A stretch of 23,495 bases of DNA from an uncultured Acidobacteriota bacterium (GTDB lineage: Bacteria; Acidobacteriota; Thermoanaerobaculia; UBA5066; Gp7-AA6): contig CAVXTP010000019.1 in the NCBI GenBank assembly GCA_963764715.1, positions 1 to 23,495 on the forward strand. Direction: 5' to 3'. Each line of letters starts with the position of its first letter. Positions within the stretch are counted from its first letter, which is position 1. The notes under the pieces are model-generated. The model ran no database searches, was not told the DNA's origin, and worked only from the letters and a program-made list of their open reading frames with translations. The position numbers were made by a program, and so were the translations under genes. Below, piece after piece: positions 1 through 9,210 of this stretch.

Positions 1-254
1 GGAGACAGGTAGCGCCCGGCGGCGTCGATGACCCGCGCCCCGGGCGGCACCGGGGTCTTTCCGGTCGGGCCGACGGCGGCGATGCGGCCGCCGGAGACGA
101 CGACCGTCTGGTCGCGGAGGATCCGGTCCGCGTCCATCGGCGCGACGTTCGCGTGCAGGAAAGCAGTCGTCGGCCTGCCCGCAACCGGCGGCTCGCCGGC
201 GGCCACGACGGGCGCCAGCGCGGCCGCGCACAGGGCGATTCGCAATAACCGCAT
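1..254 (-). CDS. Amidohydrolase family protein, N-terminal part (runs off window edge), with signal peptide
   Basis: Manual translation from ATG at 254: MRLLRIALCAAALAPVVAAGEPPVAGRPTTAFLHANVAPMDADRILRDQTVVVSGGRIAAVGPTGKTPVPPGARVIDAAGRYLS. This matches the typical amidohydrolase N-terminal beta-sandwich (GRIAAVG...VIDxxGxYL.P). GGAGGT RBS at 266-261. Not in the ORF track. Confidence 0.8.
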   Translation of the reverse strand, partial: MRLLRIALCAAALAPVVAAGEPPVAGRPTTAFLHANVAPMDADRILRDQTVVVSGGRIAAVGPTGKTPVPPGARVIDAAGRYLS

Positions 255-396
255 CGCTCGACCTCCCGCCTTCCTTCATTTACGCACCGGAACGCCCCCG
301 GTTCCGCGCCTGTGTACAATCGGCCAGCTTTGATGCGGCCTCTACCCGAGCTTCTGGCGCGACGACAAGGGTCTGACGGCGCTGCTGCTGTGCCTC

Positions 397-1026
397 GTGA
401 CGACGCTCTTCGTGGCGCCGCCGTTGATCGTTTCGGGGGCCCTCAGCCCGCTCGTCCTCGACGTCTTCCTTCTGCTCGTCCTCGTCAGCGGCGTCGCGGC
501 GCTGGCCCGTCGCCGATTCCTGAAAGTCCTCGCCTCGCTCGTTGCGGTCCTCGCGGTGGCGATGCTCGCGTGGGCGCTCGCCGCGCCGTTCCCGGACATC
601 ATCGAAGTCAGCCTGTGGCTCGTGATGGCGTCGCTCCTCATCCTGACGGTCCTGACCCTCGCGCAGGTCTTCCGCGCGGGGCCCATCACGGGGCACCGCA
701 TCGGGGGCGCGATCGCCGCGTATCTGCTGCTCGGCCTCACGTGGTCGGTCGCCTACCAGATCGTGGAGGCGCGCGTGCCCGACGCGCTCCGCTTCCCGGG
801 TCACGAGAACCGCCTCCTCGGGACCGTTTACTTCAGCTTCGTGACGCTCACGACCGTCGGCTACGGCGACATCACGCCCGTGGACACGGCGGCGCGCAGT
901 CTCGCGATCGCCGAAGCCCTCGTCGGACAGCTCTTCCCGGCCGTCCTGATTGCGCGCCTCGTCTCGATGGAGATCTCCGGACGGGAGCGCACGCCGGACC
1001 TCCTCGAGGAGGCTCAGAAGAAGTAA
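397..1026 (+). CDS. Potassium channel family protein (Ion_trans_2-like); true start probably ~333
   Basis: Several TM helices, YFSFVTLTTVGYGDITP pore helix/selectivity filter. The in-frame hydrophobic sequence continues upstream to 334. Confidence 0.85.
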   Translation: MTTLFVAPPLIVSGALSPLVLDVFLLLVLVSGVAALARRRFLKVLASLVAVLAVAMLAWALAAPFPDIIEVSLWLVMASLLILTVLTLAQVFRAGPITGHRIGGAIAAYLLLGLTWSVAYQIVEARVPDALRFPGHENRLLGTVYFSFVTLTTVGYGDITPVDTAARSLAIAEALVGQLFPAVLIARLVSMEISGRERTPDLLEEAQKK

Positions 1027-1066
1027 GCCCGCGCGCCCGGCCCGGGTGGCCCTCGACGCGCGGGCT
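1026..1066. terminator. GC-rich hairpin between convergent genes
   Basis: AGCCCGCGCG (1026-1035) is complementary to CGCGCGGGCT (1057-1066); no U-tract. Confidence 0.4.
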
Positions 1067-1092
1067 GCCTGGAGCCCGAAACTTCGTCCGAC

Positions 1093-1695
1093 CTACTTGG
1101 TCTTCACCGTGATGTTCTCGAGCCGCACCGGCTCGCCCGCGTAGTTGGTGAGCTTGAGCTTCCCGGTCTTCGGGTCGATCGAGGCCTTGCCCGCGACGAC
1201 GATCTTGCCCTCGCCCTTTTTCGAGCCCTTCGGGAACCGCATCTCGATGACGGTCGCGTCGTACTTGTTCGCGGCGCCCGGAGAGAGCATGGCCGCGGCC
1301 GAAAGCGGCCGGTTCGTCGCGATGACGACCTGCCGGGTTCCGTCCGGCATGTCCGTCGAACGGGCGTAGAAGAGGGCGTCGCCCATCGTCTCCGAGCCCT
1401 TGATGTAGCCGACCTGCGGCAGGTCCTGCATGATGTTGACCATGGCCTGCGAGCCCGAGGCCTTGAGCACGTTCTCGAGCAGCGCGCGCTCGCCGTCGGT
1501 CGACCAGCGGTTGATCACGATCTCGACGACCCCGGACTGGCCGCTCGTCACGCTGACGGCGAAGCCGGTGAAGGTCTCGACGGGAACGTTGCCGGGCTCC
1601 GGAGCCTTTTTGTTGACGGCCTGGGCCGAAGCGGACGCCGCGACGGCGAAGACCATGGCGAGAACAGCCAGGACGATTCCAGGACGCGGTTTCAT
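1093..1695 (-). CDS. Secreted hypothetical protein
   Basis: 200 aa, Sec signal peptide ending ASA-Q, AGAGGAGGA RBS upstream, typical codon usage. Confidence 0.85.
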   Translation of the reverse strand: MKPRPGIVLAVLAMVFAVAASASAQAVNKKAPEPGNVPVETFTGFAVSVTSGQSGVVEIVINRWSTDGERALLENVLKASGSQAMVNIMQDLPQVGYIKGSETMGDALFYARSTDMPDGTRQVVIATNRPLSAAAMLSPGAANKYDATVIEMRFPKGSKKGEGKIVVAGKASIDPKTGKLKLTNYAGEPVRLENITVKTK

Positions 1696-1772
1696 TGTTC
1701 CTCCTCTGACGTCTCGGACCGAGGGTGGTCGAGCGTGCCGCCTACTCTATCGCGGGCCGGCCGAGAGGGGCG

Positions 1773-2417
1773 TCAGTGGAGGTATCCGGCCCGGACGGCC
1801 TGCAGCACGGCCCGCGTCCGGTCGCGCACGCCGAGCTTCGACAGAATGCTCGAAACGTGGTTCTTGACCGTGCCCTCGACCAGATGGAGGGCCCGGGCGA
1901 TCTCGCGGTTGCTGTAACCGCCAGTCATCAGGCGCAGGACCTCGATCTCCCGTTCCGTCAGGGGATCCGCCGGGTCGAGCCGGGGGAAGCTCGCCTCGGC
2001 CGACTCGAGACCGCGCACCACCCGCTCGGAGGCGATCGGCTGCACGGCCGTCCCGCCGGCGGCCACGGCGCGAATCGCGCGCACGAGCTCCGCGAGAGAG
2101 ACGTCCTTCAGGAGGTAGCCCTTCGCGCCCGACCGCAGCCCCTCGAGCACGAGGGCATCGTCGTCGAACGTCGTCAGGATGATCGTCGGCGGCAGCGCGC
2201 CGGCGGCCGAGAGCCGGCGCAGCACCTCGAGGCCGGAGGCCCCCGGCAGGCGCATGTCGAGCAGGACGACGTCGGCCCCGCCGCCCGGGATCGCGCGGAT
2301 CGCCTCCTCGCCGTCCGCCGCCTCGCCCGCGACGCGGATGTCACCGTCGAGGGCGAGGAGGCTCCGGATACCCTCGCGCACGAGCGTCTGGTCCTCGACG
2401 AGGAAGACGCGGATCAC
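1773..2417 (-). CDS. NarL/LuxR-family response regulator (DesR-like)
   Basis: REC domain (LVEDQ, VLLDMRLP, ILTTF, GYLLK) plus LuxR HTH (LTEREIEVL...SNREIA...GTVKNHVSSILSKLGV). GTG start overlaps the kinase stop. Confidence 0.95.
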   Translation of the reverse strand: MIRVFLVEDQTLVREGIRSLLALDGDIRVAGEAADGEEAIRAIPGGGADVVLLDMRLPGASGLEVLRRLSAAGALPPTIILTTFDDDALVLEGLRSGAKGYLLKDVSLAELVRAIRAVAAGGTAVQPIASERVVRGLESAEASFPRLDPADPLTEREIEVLRLMTGGYSNREIARALHLVEGTVKNHVSSILSKLGVRDRTRAVLQAVRAGYLH

Positions 2418-3565
2418 GGGCGTTCCGCCGCCGCGAGCGGCAGCATGGCCGAGATGCGAAAGCCCCGGCCGGGCGCGGTCTCATAGCGAAAAGCTCCGCC
2501 GCGCCGCTCGAAGCGCTCGCGCATTCCGGAAAGACCGTGGCCCGAACGCACGTCGGAAGCGCCCCGCCCGTCGTCGCGCGCCTCGATCCGGATCCCTCCT
2601 CCGCCGCGCTCGACCTCGAGCCACAGGTTCTCCGCGCCGGCGTGACGGACGGCGTTCGTCACGATCTCCTGCGCGCACCGCAGCACGACTTCGCCGTCCA
2701 TCGGGTCGTCCACCGCGAGCCCCTCGGCGACGCCGACGTGCACGCGCGGGCGCGGGATCCCCTCGGCGAGCCGGCGGAGCGAAGCGCCGAGGTCCAGACG
2801 CCCGTCCTCGGCGAGCTCGCTGACGACGCCGCGGACGTCCCCGAGGAGGAGCTTCGTGACGGACTGGGCCGTCTCGATCCGCGCGCGCGCTTCTTCGCCC
2901 GTCTGGTGGCTCGCGATCTCGAGGTTCAGGGAGAGGGCCGTCAGGTGATGGCCGAGAACGTCGTGCAGGTCGCGGGCGATGCGCGAGCGCTCGGCCAGCC
3001 GGGCGCTCCGCGCGAGGAGCTCGCGCGTCGCCTCGAGCTCCGCGTTCGTCGCCGCCAGGGCCCGGCGAGCGGCGGTCTCTTCCGCGAGGAGGCGCACGGT
3101 CGCGTCCGCGATGAGCTGGAACGGAAGGTAGGCGAAGGCCAAAACGAGGCCCCAGTGCCATCCCCAGTGCAGCCACATCAGCGCGAGCAAACCGGCGCTC
3201 TGCCCGACGATCCATGCCGCGGCCGGCGCGCGGGAAAGCAGGACCGGGAGCTGCAGCGCGACGAGGACGAGGAGCGCACCTTCGAGCCCGAAGCACGGCG
3301 GAAGGGCCACGAGGGCGAAGACCGCGGCGCTCTGCCCGGCGGCGAGCAGGAGGGCTCCGCCTCGCGCGGACTCGGCGCGGCGCGACGTTCCCAGCGCGAA
3401 GGCCGCCCCGAAGAGGACGAGAACCGCGATCCAGGCCGCGAGGCCGGCTTCCGCGCCGCGTGAGCGCCCCCCGAGCTCGAGCGCGATGACGGGAAGGCCC
3501 ACCGCGGCCCAGACCGCGAAGCCTCCCCGCCGCAGGAGCCGGCGGTAGTCGTCTCGGTAGAGCAT
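2414..3565 (-). CDS. Membrane sensor histidine kinase, HisKA_3 (DesK-like)
   Basis: N-terminal TM helices, ERSRIARDLHDVLGHHL H-box, QEIVTNAVRHA N-box, DDGRG and GHGLSGMRER G-boxes. Start placed at ATG 3565 (MLYRDD), 10 nt below a TATACT -10-like hexamer at 3581-3576. Confidence 0.93.
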   Translation of the reverse strand: MLYRDDYRRLLRRGGFAVWAAVGLPVIALELGGRSRGAEAGLAAWIAVLVLFGAAFALGTSRRAESARGGALLLAAGQSAAVFALVALPPCFGLEGALLVLVALQLPVLLSRAPAAAWIVGQSAGLLALMWLHWGWHWGLVLAFAYLPFQLIADATVRLLAEETAARRALAATNAELEATRELLARSARLAERSRIARDLHDVLGHHLTALSLNLEIASHQTGEEARARIETAQSVTKLLLGDVRGVVSELAEDGRLDLGASLRRLAEGIPRPRVHVGVAEGLAVDDPMDGEVVLRCAQEIVTNAVRHAGAENLWLEVERGGGGIRIEARDDGRGASDVRSGHGLSGMRERFERRGGAFRYETAPGRGFRISAMLPLAAAERP

Positions 3566-3606
3566 GCGACCGCCGAGTATAGGCGTGGCCGGCGGCGCCC
3601 GACCCC

Positions 3607-3656
3607 TGCCGGAAGTCATGGATCTTTCTCGTGGTCCCGCCGCATGACCTCCGGCA
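3607..3656. promoter_or_regulatory. Inverted repeat, candidate response-regulator operator in divergent promoter
   Basis: TGCCGGAAGTCATG (3607-3620) and CATGACCTCCGGCA (3643-3656): 13/14 complementary, 22-nt spacer. Confidence 0.6.
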
Positions 3657-3707
3657 CATGCGCGGAAGCGGCGGAGCCGGTACGGTGCGCGGCGAAAGGA
3701 GCTCACC

Positions 3708-4094
3708 ATGAAGAACCGACGGGTCGTTCCGTTTCTCGTCGCCCTCGTCATCCTCGCGGCCCTCATCGGCGGCCGCCTCTTCCTCCGGGCCGAGGAGAAG
3801 CCCGCCGACGTCACGATCCAGGGAGTGGTCGTCGACATGCACTGCTACGTGACCCGCGGGGCGCGCGACGCCGACCACGCGGGGTGCGCCAACGCCTGCA
3901 TCGCGCGAGGCGTTCCCGCCGGCTTCCTCGCCGACGACGGCACGCTCTACGTCCTGCTCGGCGAGCGCCCGGTCTCGGTCAAGGACCAGGTCAAGGACCT
4001 CGCCTCGGTGGCGGCGCGCGCGACCGGCACGCCCGTGACGCGCTCCGGCGTGAAGGGTCTCCAGCTCAAGTCGATCGAGAAGGCGGGGTCGTGA
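3708..4094 (+). CDS. Small exported protein with DxHCY...HxxCxxxC motif
   Basis: AAGGAG RBS, N-terminal signal/TM segment, motif VDMHCY...DHAGCANACIARGVP. Confidence 0.85.
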   Translation: MKNRRVVPFLVALVILAALIGGRLFLRAEEKPADVTIQGVVVDMHCYVTRGARDADHAGCANACIARGVPAGFLADDGTLYVLLGERPVSVKDQVKDLASVAARATGTPVTRSGVKGLQLKSIEKAGS

Positions 4095-4492
4095 AGGCGC
4101 CGGCGGCGGCCGCGGCCCTTCTCGTCGCGCTCGCGGCGTCCGGCCCGGGGGCGCCGGCGCCGAAGCCCGCGCCGACCGAAACGGTCCTCGTGACGCACCG
4201 CGTCAAGTCCGGCGAGGAAGCGGAATACGCGACGCTCCTGGGCCGGCAGTGGACGACGCTCCGCCGTCTCGGGCTCGTCCTGCCGAAGCCCCACGTCATC
4301 CTGCGCGGCACCGACGAGTCGGGCAAGACGATCTTCGTCGAGGTGCTGACGTGGCGCGATGCCGACGCCCCAGACAACGCCCCGGCGGAAGTCCAGGCGA
4401 TCTGGGGGGAGCTCGAGGCCCGCGCCGAGAAGCGGCTCGGCCACAAGGGCATCGAGTTCCCCGAGTTCGAGGTCGTGGCCGCGTCGGACTGA
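4091..4492 (+). CDS. Exported hypothetical protein, possibly dimeric alpha-beta barrel (ABM-like)
   Basis: GTG start overlaps the upstream TGA (GTGA). Signal peptide MKAPAAAAALLVALAA, then VLVTHRVKSGEEAEY...FVEVLTW pattern reminiscent of ferredoxin-like ABM folds. Confidence 0.7.
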   Translation: MKAPAAAAALLVALAASGPGAPAPKPAPTETVLVTHRVKSGEEAEYATLLGRQWTTLRRLGLVLPKPHVILRGTDESGKTIFVEVLTWRDADAPDNAPAEVQAIWGELEARAEKRLGHKGIEFPEFEVVAASD

Positions 4493-4510
4493 CCCCGCGG
4501 GCGGGCGTCC

Positions 4511-6313
4511 TCAGAACCCCGGCGGACGCTCCCCCGCGACTCCCGAGGCCTTCTCGAGGGCGATCGCCGCGGTCACGATCGTCCCCTCGTCGAACATCCG
4601 CCCGATGAAGGAGACCCCGTGCGGAACCCTCCGCGGCGTCGCGAAGGTCGGCATGGGGTTCTTCGCGTCGGGGGCCCAGTCGCTGCGCGCCTGGGTGACC
4701 TGGAGAAACCCCGTTCGCAGGACGATCGCCGGGTGCCCGGTGAAGTTCGTGATCGTGAGGATCTCGTCTCGCAGCGGCGGCGACAGGAACAGGTCGACCT
4801 GCCGGAAGATCCGTTCCATCTCCTGCGCGACCTTCCGGCGCATGCGGTCCGCCTGGACGAAGTCGACGGCCGACAGGAAGCGGGCCTGGCGGAAGAGGTT
4901 GGGCCACGCGTCGGGGACCTGCGCCTTGAGCTGGTCGAGGCCGTTCGAGAGCGTCAGCTCCTCGAAGGACGCCGCCGCCTCGGCGAACAGGATCGTGTTG
5001 AGCGATCCGTACGGCCAGTCCGGGAGGTGGACCTCGACGGGAACCATCCCGAGCTTCCGGCACGTCTCGAGCGCCGCGCGGTCGACCTCGGTCGCCGGGC
5101 TCTCGTTCATCCAGCTCTTGACGTAGCCGAGCTTCAAGCCCTTCACCGGCGCCTTCGCGTCGAAGTCGAGGTGGCTCGGCACGCTCGAGAGGTCGCCGGG
5201 ATCGGGGCCCGTGATCGCCTGGAGGACGAGCATCGAGTCCTCGACGCCGCGCGTCATGGGACCGAGCTTGTCGAGCGACCAGCAGAGGGCCATCGCGCCG
5301 GTCCGCGGCACCCGCCCGAAGGTCGGCCGCAGGCCCGTCAGGCCGCAGCGGACCGCGGGGTCGATGATCGAGCCGCCGGTCTCGCTGCCGACCGAGAACC
5401 CCACGAGCGCCGCGGCCGTGGCGGCGCCGGGGCCCGCGCTCGAGCCGCCGGAGCCCTCCTCGAGAAGCCACGGGTTCATCGTCTGCCCGCCGAACCAGAT
5501 GTCGTTCAACGCCAGGGCGCCGAGCGAGAGCTTCGCCATGAGGACGGCGCCCGCCTTCTGCAGCCGGTCGACGACGGCCGAGTCCGCTTCGGGCACCCGG
5601 TGGCGGTAGGGCTCGGCGCCGTAGGTCGTCAGGATCCCCTTGGTGTCCATGAGGTCCTTCACGCCGAACGGAATGCCGTGGAGCGGCCCGCGGTACCTGC
5701 CGGCCGCGATCTCGGCGTCGGCGCGCCTGGCCTGCGCGAGCGCCGTCTCGGCCGTCAGCGTGATGACGCAGTGGAGCTTTCCGTCGAAGCGCGCGACCCG
5801 GTCGAGGTAGATGCGCGTCAGCCGCTCGGAGGTCAGGGCCCGCGACTTGATCCACTGTCCCTGCGCGGCGATCGGCGCGAAGGCGATGTCGTCGTCCTTC
5901 TTCGGGAGCGGGCCGGGATCCGCGGCCGTCGCGACGAAACGGTCGCGCGCCGGCCCCGGCGCGACGCCCGGGATCATCGGGTTCCAGAGCGTCGCGGGGA
6001 CGACGTCGGTCCCGAGGGCGAGCTTGCGCGGGCCCGTCCGCCGCTCCATCGTCGACGCCATCGCCCGCGGCCAGCTGCCCGCGACCTGCGCCTGCTGCGC
6101 GGGCGTGAACTCGATGCGCACGAACTTCTGCGCCTCGGCGACGGTCGCCGTCGAGATGTCGGGCCCCACGGGCGGCGCCGTCCCGAACGCCGGCGGCGTG
6201 CCTTCGACCGGCGTCGGCGTGGGATCGGGCGATCCGAGGGCGCGCCGCGCGGCGGCGGCTCCCACGACTCCGGCGGCGGTGCGGGCCAGGAACTTCCGGC
6301 GGGACTGCGGCAT
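4511..6313 (-). CDS. Amidase signature family enzyme with Tat signal peptide
   Basis: GPLHGIPFGVKD, GSGGSSAG and GSETGGSI motifs (Lys-Ser-Ser triad). Start MPQSRRKFL at 6313 with AGAGGAGA RBS. Confidence 0.93.
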   Translation of the reverse strand: MPQSRRKFLARTAAGVVGAAAARRALGSPDPTPTPVEGTPPAFGTAPPVGPDISTATVAEAQKFVRIEFTPAQQAQVAGSWPRAMASTMERRTGPRKLALGTDVVPATLWNPMIPGVAPGPARDRFVATAADPGPLPKKDDDIAFAPIAAQGQWIKSRALTSERLTRIYLDRVARFDGKLHCVITLTAETALAQARRADAEIAAGRYRGPLHGIPFGVKDLMDTKGILTTYGAEPYRHRVPEADSAVVDRLQKAGAVLMAKLSLGALALNDIWFGGQTMNPWLLEEGSGGSSAGPGAATAAALVGFSVGSETGGSIIDPAVRCGLTGLRPTFGRVPRTGAMALCWSLDKLGPMTRGVEDSMLVLQAITGPDPGDLSSVPSHLDFDAKAPVKGLKLGYVKSWMNESPATEVDRAALETCRKLGMVPVEVHLPDWPYGSLNTILFAEAAASFEELTLSNGLDQLKAQVPDAWPNLFRQARFLSAVDFVQADRMRRKVAQEMERIFRQVDLFLSPPLRDEILTITNFTGHPAIVLRTGFLQVTQARSDWAPDAKNPMPTFATPRRVPHGVSFIGRMFDEGTIVTAAIALEKASGVAGERPPGF

Positions 6314-6392
6314 GGCGATGTCTCCTCTGGGCGGTAATCCTATGCGGAGCCGAGGGCATAATTGAGCTCTCATCCAACGACAGGAGGACGCG

Positions 6393-7232
6393 ATGACACG
6401 AGGCACGGCTTCGCTGGCTGCTCTGATGCTCGCCGCCGCACCCCTGGCCGCACAGGACCTGACGTCCGCGCCCCGGCCGACGAAGCCGCCGGCCATGCAA
6501 GCGCCGCCGAAGGCCCTTCCGCAACGGCCGGAGACCTTCGGCACCTCCCGCGTGACCTACGTCGAGGTCCCGTCAATCGCCTTTCAGCCGCTCTACAGCG
6601 CGCAGACCTTCACGACCGCCAACTTCGGTCTCGGTCCCCGTTGGACGACCAGCGGTTCGCACGACCTGCTGGCCCCTCTGAATCTGCCGGCGGGAGCCCG
6701 GATCGTCTATCTCGAGCTCGACTACGTCGACACCACGGCGGTCAGCCAGGTCTACGGCTCGCTCGCGGCTTGCTCTTACATGATGGACAACTGCTCGCTT
6801 CACCCGGTGACGGCCACCGGGCCGGTCGACTGCCAGGTCGCGGGCTTCATCTGTTCCGGGGAATCGGCGGCCTCCGGCCCGGGCAGCCTGACGGCCGATC
6901 TGACCGGCGACGGGTTGACGGTGAGCACCTTCACGCAGTCGTATTTCCTGATCGCGGAACCGCAGACGTCGGACGGGTCCACGCAGATCGCCGGCATGAT
7001 CGTCGGCTACGTGCTCCAGGTGAGCCCCGCCCCCGCCCTGGCGAGCTTCAACGACGTGCCTTCGAACGACTTCGGCTTTCAGTACATCGAAGCCCTCAAG
7101 CTTTCCGGAATCACGGGCGGTTGCCAGGCCGTACCCCCGCTCTTCTGCCCCGACTCCTTCGTCACGCGGCGGCAGATGGCGATCTTCCTGGCGAAGGCCC
7201 TGGGCCTCCAGTGGCCGTACTCCATCTTCTGA
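6393..7232 (+). CDS. Secreted protein with C-terminal S-layer homology (SLH)-like domain
   Basis: Signal peptide, AGGAGG RBS, C-terminal FNDVP...YIEAL...GITGGC...FCPDSFVTRRQMAIFLAKAL. Confidence 0.85.
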   Translation: MTRGTASLAALMLAAAPLAAQDLTSAPRPTKPPAMQAPPKALPQRPETFGTSRVTYVEVPSIAFQPLYSAQTFTTANFGLGPRWTTSGSHDLLAPLNLPAGARIVYLELDYVDTTAVSQVYGSLAACSYMMDNCSLHPVTATGPVDCQVAGFICSGESAASGPGSLTADLTGDGLTVSTFTQSYFLIAEPQTSDGSTQIAGMIVGYVLQVSPAPALASFNDVPSNDFGFQYIEALKLSGITGGCQAVPPLFCPDSFVTRRQMAIFLAKALGLQWPYSIF

Positions 7233-7338
7233 CGCCCCGCTTGACCGGCGGCCGTGCCGCGCTCGGACACGACCGCCCGCGGACACCTCGCGTCTCTCTT
7301 CGCATCCGCGTGATAGAAAAACCCGCGGGAGGACGCCG

Positions 7339-8169
7339 ATGCCCTTCGTCACGGTCGGAAAGGAAAACTCGGGGTCGATCGACCTCTACTACGAGGACCA
7401 CGGCCGCGGTAAACCCGTCGTCCTGATCCACGGGTGGCCGCTCTCGGGCCGGTCCTGGGAGAAGCAGACGACGGCGCTGCTCGAGGCCGGGCACCGCGTC
7501 ATCACTTACGATCGGCGCGGCTTCGGCGAGTCGAGCAAGCCGACCGCCGGCTACGAATACGACACGCTCGCCGCCGACCTGCATGCCCTCGTCACGAAGC
7601 TCGACCTTTCCGACGTCTCGCTCGTGGGCTTCTCGATGGGAGGCGGCGAGGTCGCCCGGTACTTCGGCCGGTACGGCTCCGAGCGCGCGCGGAAGGCGGC
7701 GTTCCTCGGCGCGATCCCGCCGTTTCTTCTCAAGACCGCGGACAACCCCTCGGGGGTCGAGCGCGAGATCTTCGGCGGAATCGAGAAGGGGCTGGCGGCG
7801 GACCGTCCCGCGTTTCTGGCCGGTTTCCTGCAGAACTTCTACAACGTCGACGTCCTCGGCGGAAAGCGCGTCAGCGACGAGCTCGTGCGCCTCTCCTGGA
7901 CGATCGCCTCCGGAGCCTCCCCCGTCGGCACGCTCGCCTGCGTGTCCGCCTGGCTGACCGACTTCCGGAAGGACCTGGCGAAGATCGACGTGCCGACCCT
8001 CGTCGTCCACGGCGACTCCGACCGGATCGTCCCGCTGGAAGTCTCGGGCCGGCGCACGCACGAGGCGGTTCGCGGCAGCCGTCTCGTGGTGCTGAAGGAC
8101 GCTCCCCACGGATTCACCTGGACGCATGCGGAGGAAGTCAACCGCGCGCTCGTCGAGTTCCTCCGATGA
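7339..8169 (+). CDS. Alpha/beta hydrolase, non-heme haloperoxidase/perhydrolase (Cpo/BpoA-like)
   Basis: LIHGWPL, YDRRGFGES, GFSMGGG nucleophile elbow, HGDSDRIVP, APHG; GGAGG RBS. Confidence 0.92.
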   Translation: MPFVTVGKENSGSIDLYYEDHGRGKPVVLIHGWPLSGRSWEKQTTALLEAGHRVITYDRRGFGESSKPTAGYEYDTLAADLHALVTKLDLSDVSLVGFSMGGGEVARYFGRYGSERARKAAFLGAIPPFLLKTADNPSGVEREIFGGIEKGLAADRPAFLAGFLQNFYNVDVLGGKRVSDELVRLSWTIASGASPVGTLACVSAWLTDFRKDLAKIDVPTLVVHGDSDRIVPLEVSGRRTHEAVRGSRLVVLKDAPHGFTWTHAEEVNRALVEFLR

Positions 8170-8197
8170 AGACGAGCGCCGAGAAAGCGAGCGACCA

Positions 8198-9103
8198 TTG
8201 AAGATCCGACTCGGATCGCGCATTCCCGCGCTCGGCCTCCTTTTCGCGCTCGCGGCGGCGAAGGCGGCCGGAGGCGCCGACATCGCCTCCCGCACCGCCT
8301 CGGTCGCCGGCGTCGACTTCCACTACCTGACGGCGGGCCGCGGGCCCGCGCTCGTCCTGCTCCACGGCTACGCCGAGACGTCGCGCATGTGGCGGCCGAT
8401 CATCCCGACGCTCGCGGAGAAGTTCACCGTCATCGCGCCGGACCTGCCCGGGATCGGCGATTCCTCGATCCCGGCGGACGGCCTCGACATGAAGACGGCG
8501 GCGTCGCGCGTCCACGCACTCGTCCGCTCCCTCGGCGTCGACAAGGCGCGGGTCGTCGGCCACGACATCGGCCTCATGGTCGCCTACGCCTACGCCGCCC
8601 AGTTTCCCGCGGAGGTCGAGAAGCTCGTCCTGATGGACGCCTTCCTCCCGGGAGTCGAGGGCTGGGAGGCGGTCTACGACAATCCCGGGCTCTGGCACTT
8701 CCGGTTCCACGGCCCGACCCCCGAGGCCCTCGTCAAGGGCCGCGAGCGGACCTACTTCGACTACTACTGGAACGAATTCGCCGCCGACCGGAACCGCTCG
8801 CTTCCGGAGGGGGACCGCCGGGCGTACACGGCGTCCTACGCGCGCCCGGGCCGGATGAAGGCGGGCTGGTCCTACTTCGTCTCGTTTCCTCAGGCCGCGA
8901 AGGACTTCGCCGAGCTCGCCAGGACGCGGCTCCCGATGCCCGTCCTCACGATCGGCGGCGAGAAGTCGCTCGGCCAGGTGCTCGGCGACCAGGCGAAGCT
9001 CGTCGCGCCGGACGTGACCGTCGTGATTCTCAAGAACGCCGGGCACTGGGTGCTCGAGGAGGACCCGAAGGGGACGACGGAGGCGCTGCTGAAGTTCCTC
9101 TGA
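8198..9103 (+). CDS. Alpha/beta hydrolase, epoxide hydrolase-like, probable signal peptide
   Basis: LLHGY, PDLPGIGDS, VGHDIG (Asp nucleophile), AGHWVLEE. Start uncertain (TTG 8198). Confidence 0.85.
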   Translation: MKIRLGSRIPALGLLFALAAAKAAGGADIASRTASVAGVDFHYLTAGRGPALVLLHGYAETSRMWRPIIPTLAEKFTVIAPDLPGIGDSSIPADGLDMKTAASRVHALVRSLGVDKARVVGHDIGLMVAYAYAAQFPAEVEKLVLMDAFLPGVEGWEAVYDNPGLWHFRFHGPTPEALVKGRERTYFDYYWNEFAADRNRSLPEGDRRAYTASYARPGRMKAGWSYFVSFPQAAKDFAELARTRLPMPVLTIGGEKSLGQVLGDQAKLVAPDVTVVILKNAGHWVLEEDPKGTTEALLKFL

Positions 9104-9210
9104 TTCGTCGCATGGGCGGCGCCGGAGGGCTCATCCGGCGGTCGTCCGTGTATGCTTCTCCGCCACTCTTTCCTCGAGTGACGGGCGGCGCCGAAGGACC
9201 AGGGAGAGCC

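Noticed and set aside
4511-6313. gatA (Glu-tRNA amidotransferase subunit A)
   Set aside because: Has a Tat signal and no gatC/gatB neighbours; better called a generic amidase.
8389-9210. N-terminal extension of the 598-aa ORF 8389..10185
   Set aside because: Overlaps the hydrolase in another frame; the real start is ATG 9211 with an RBS.
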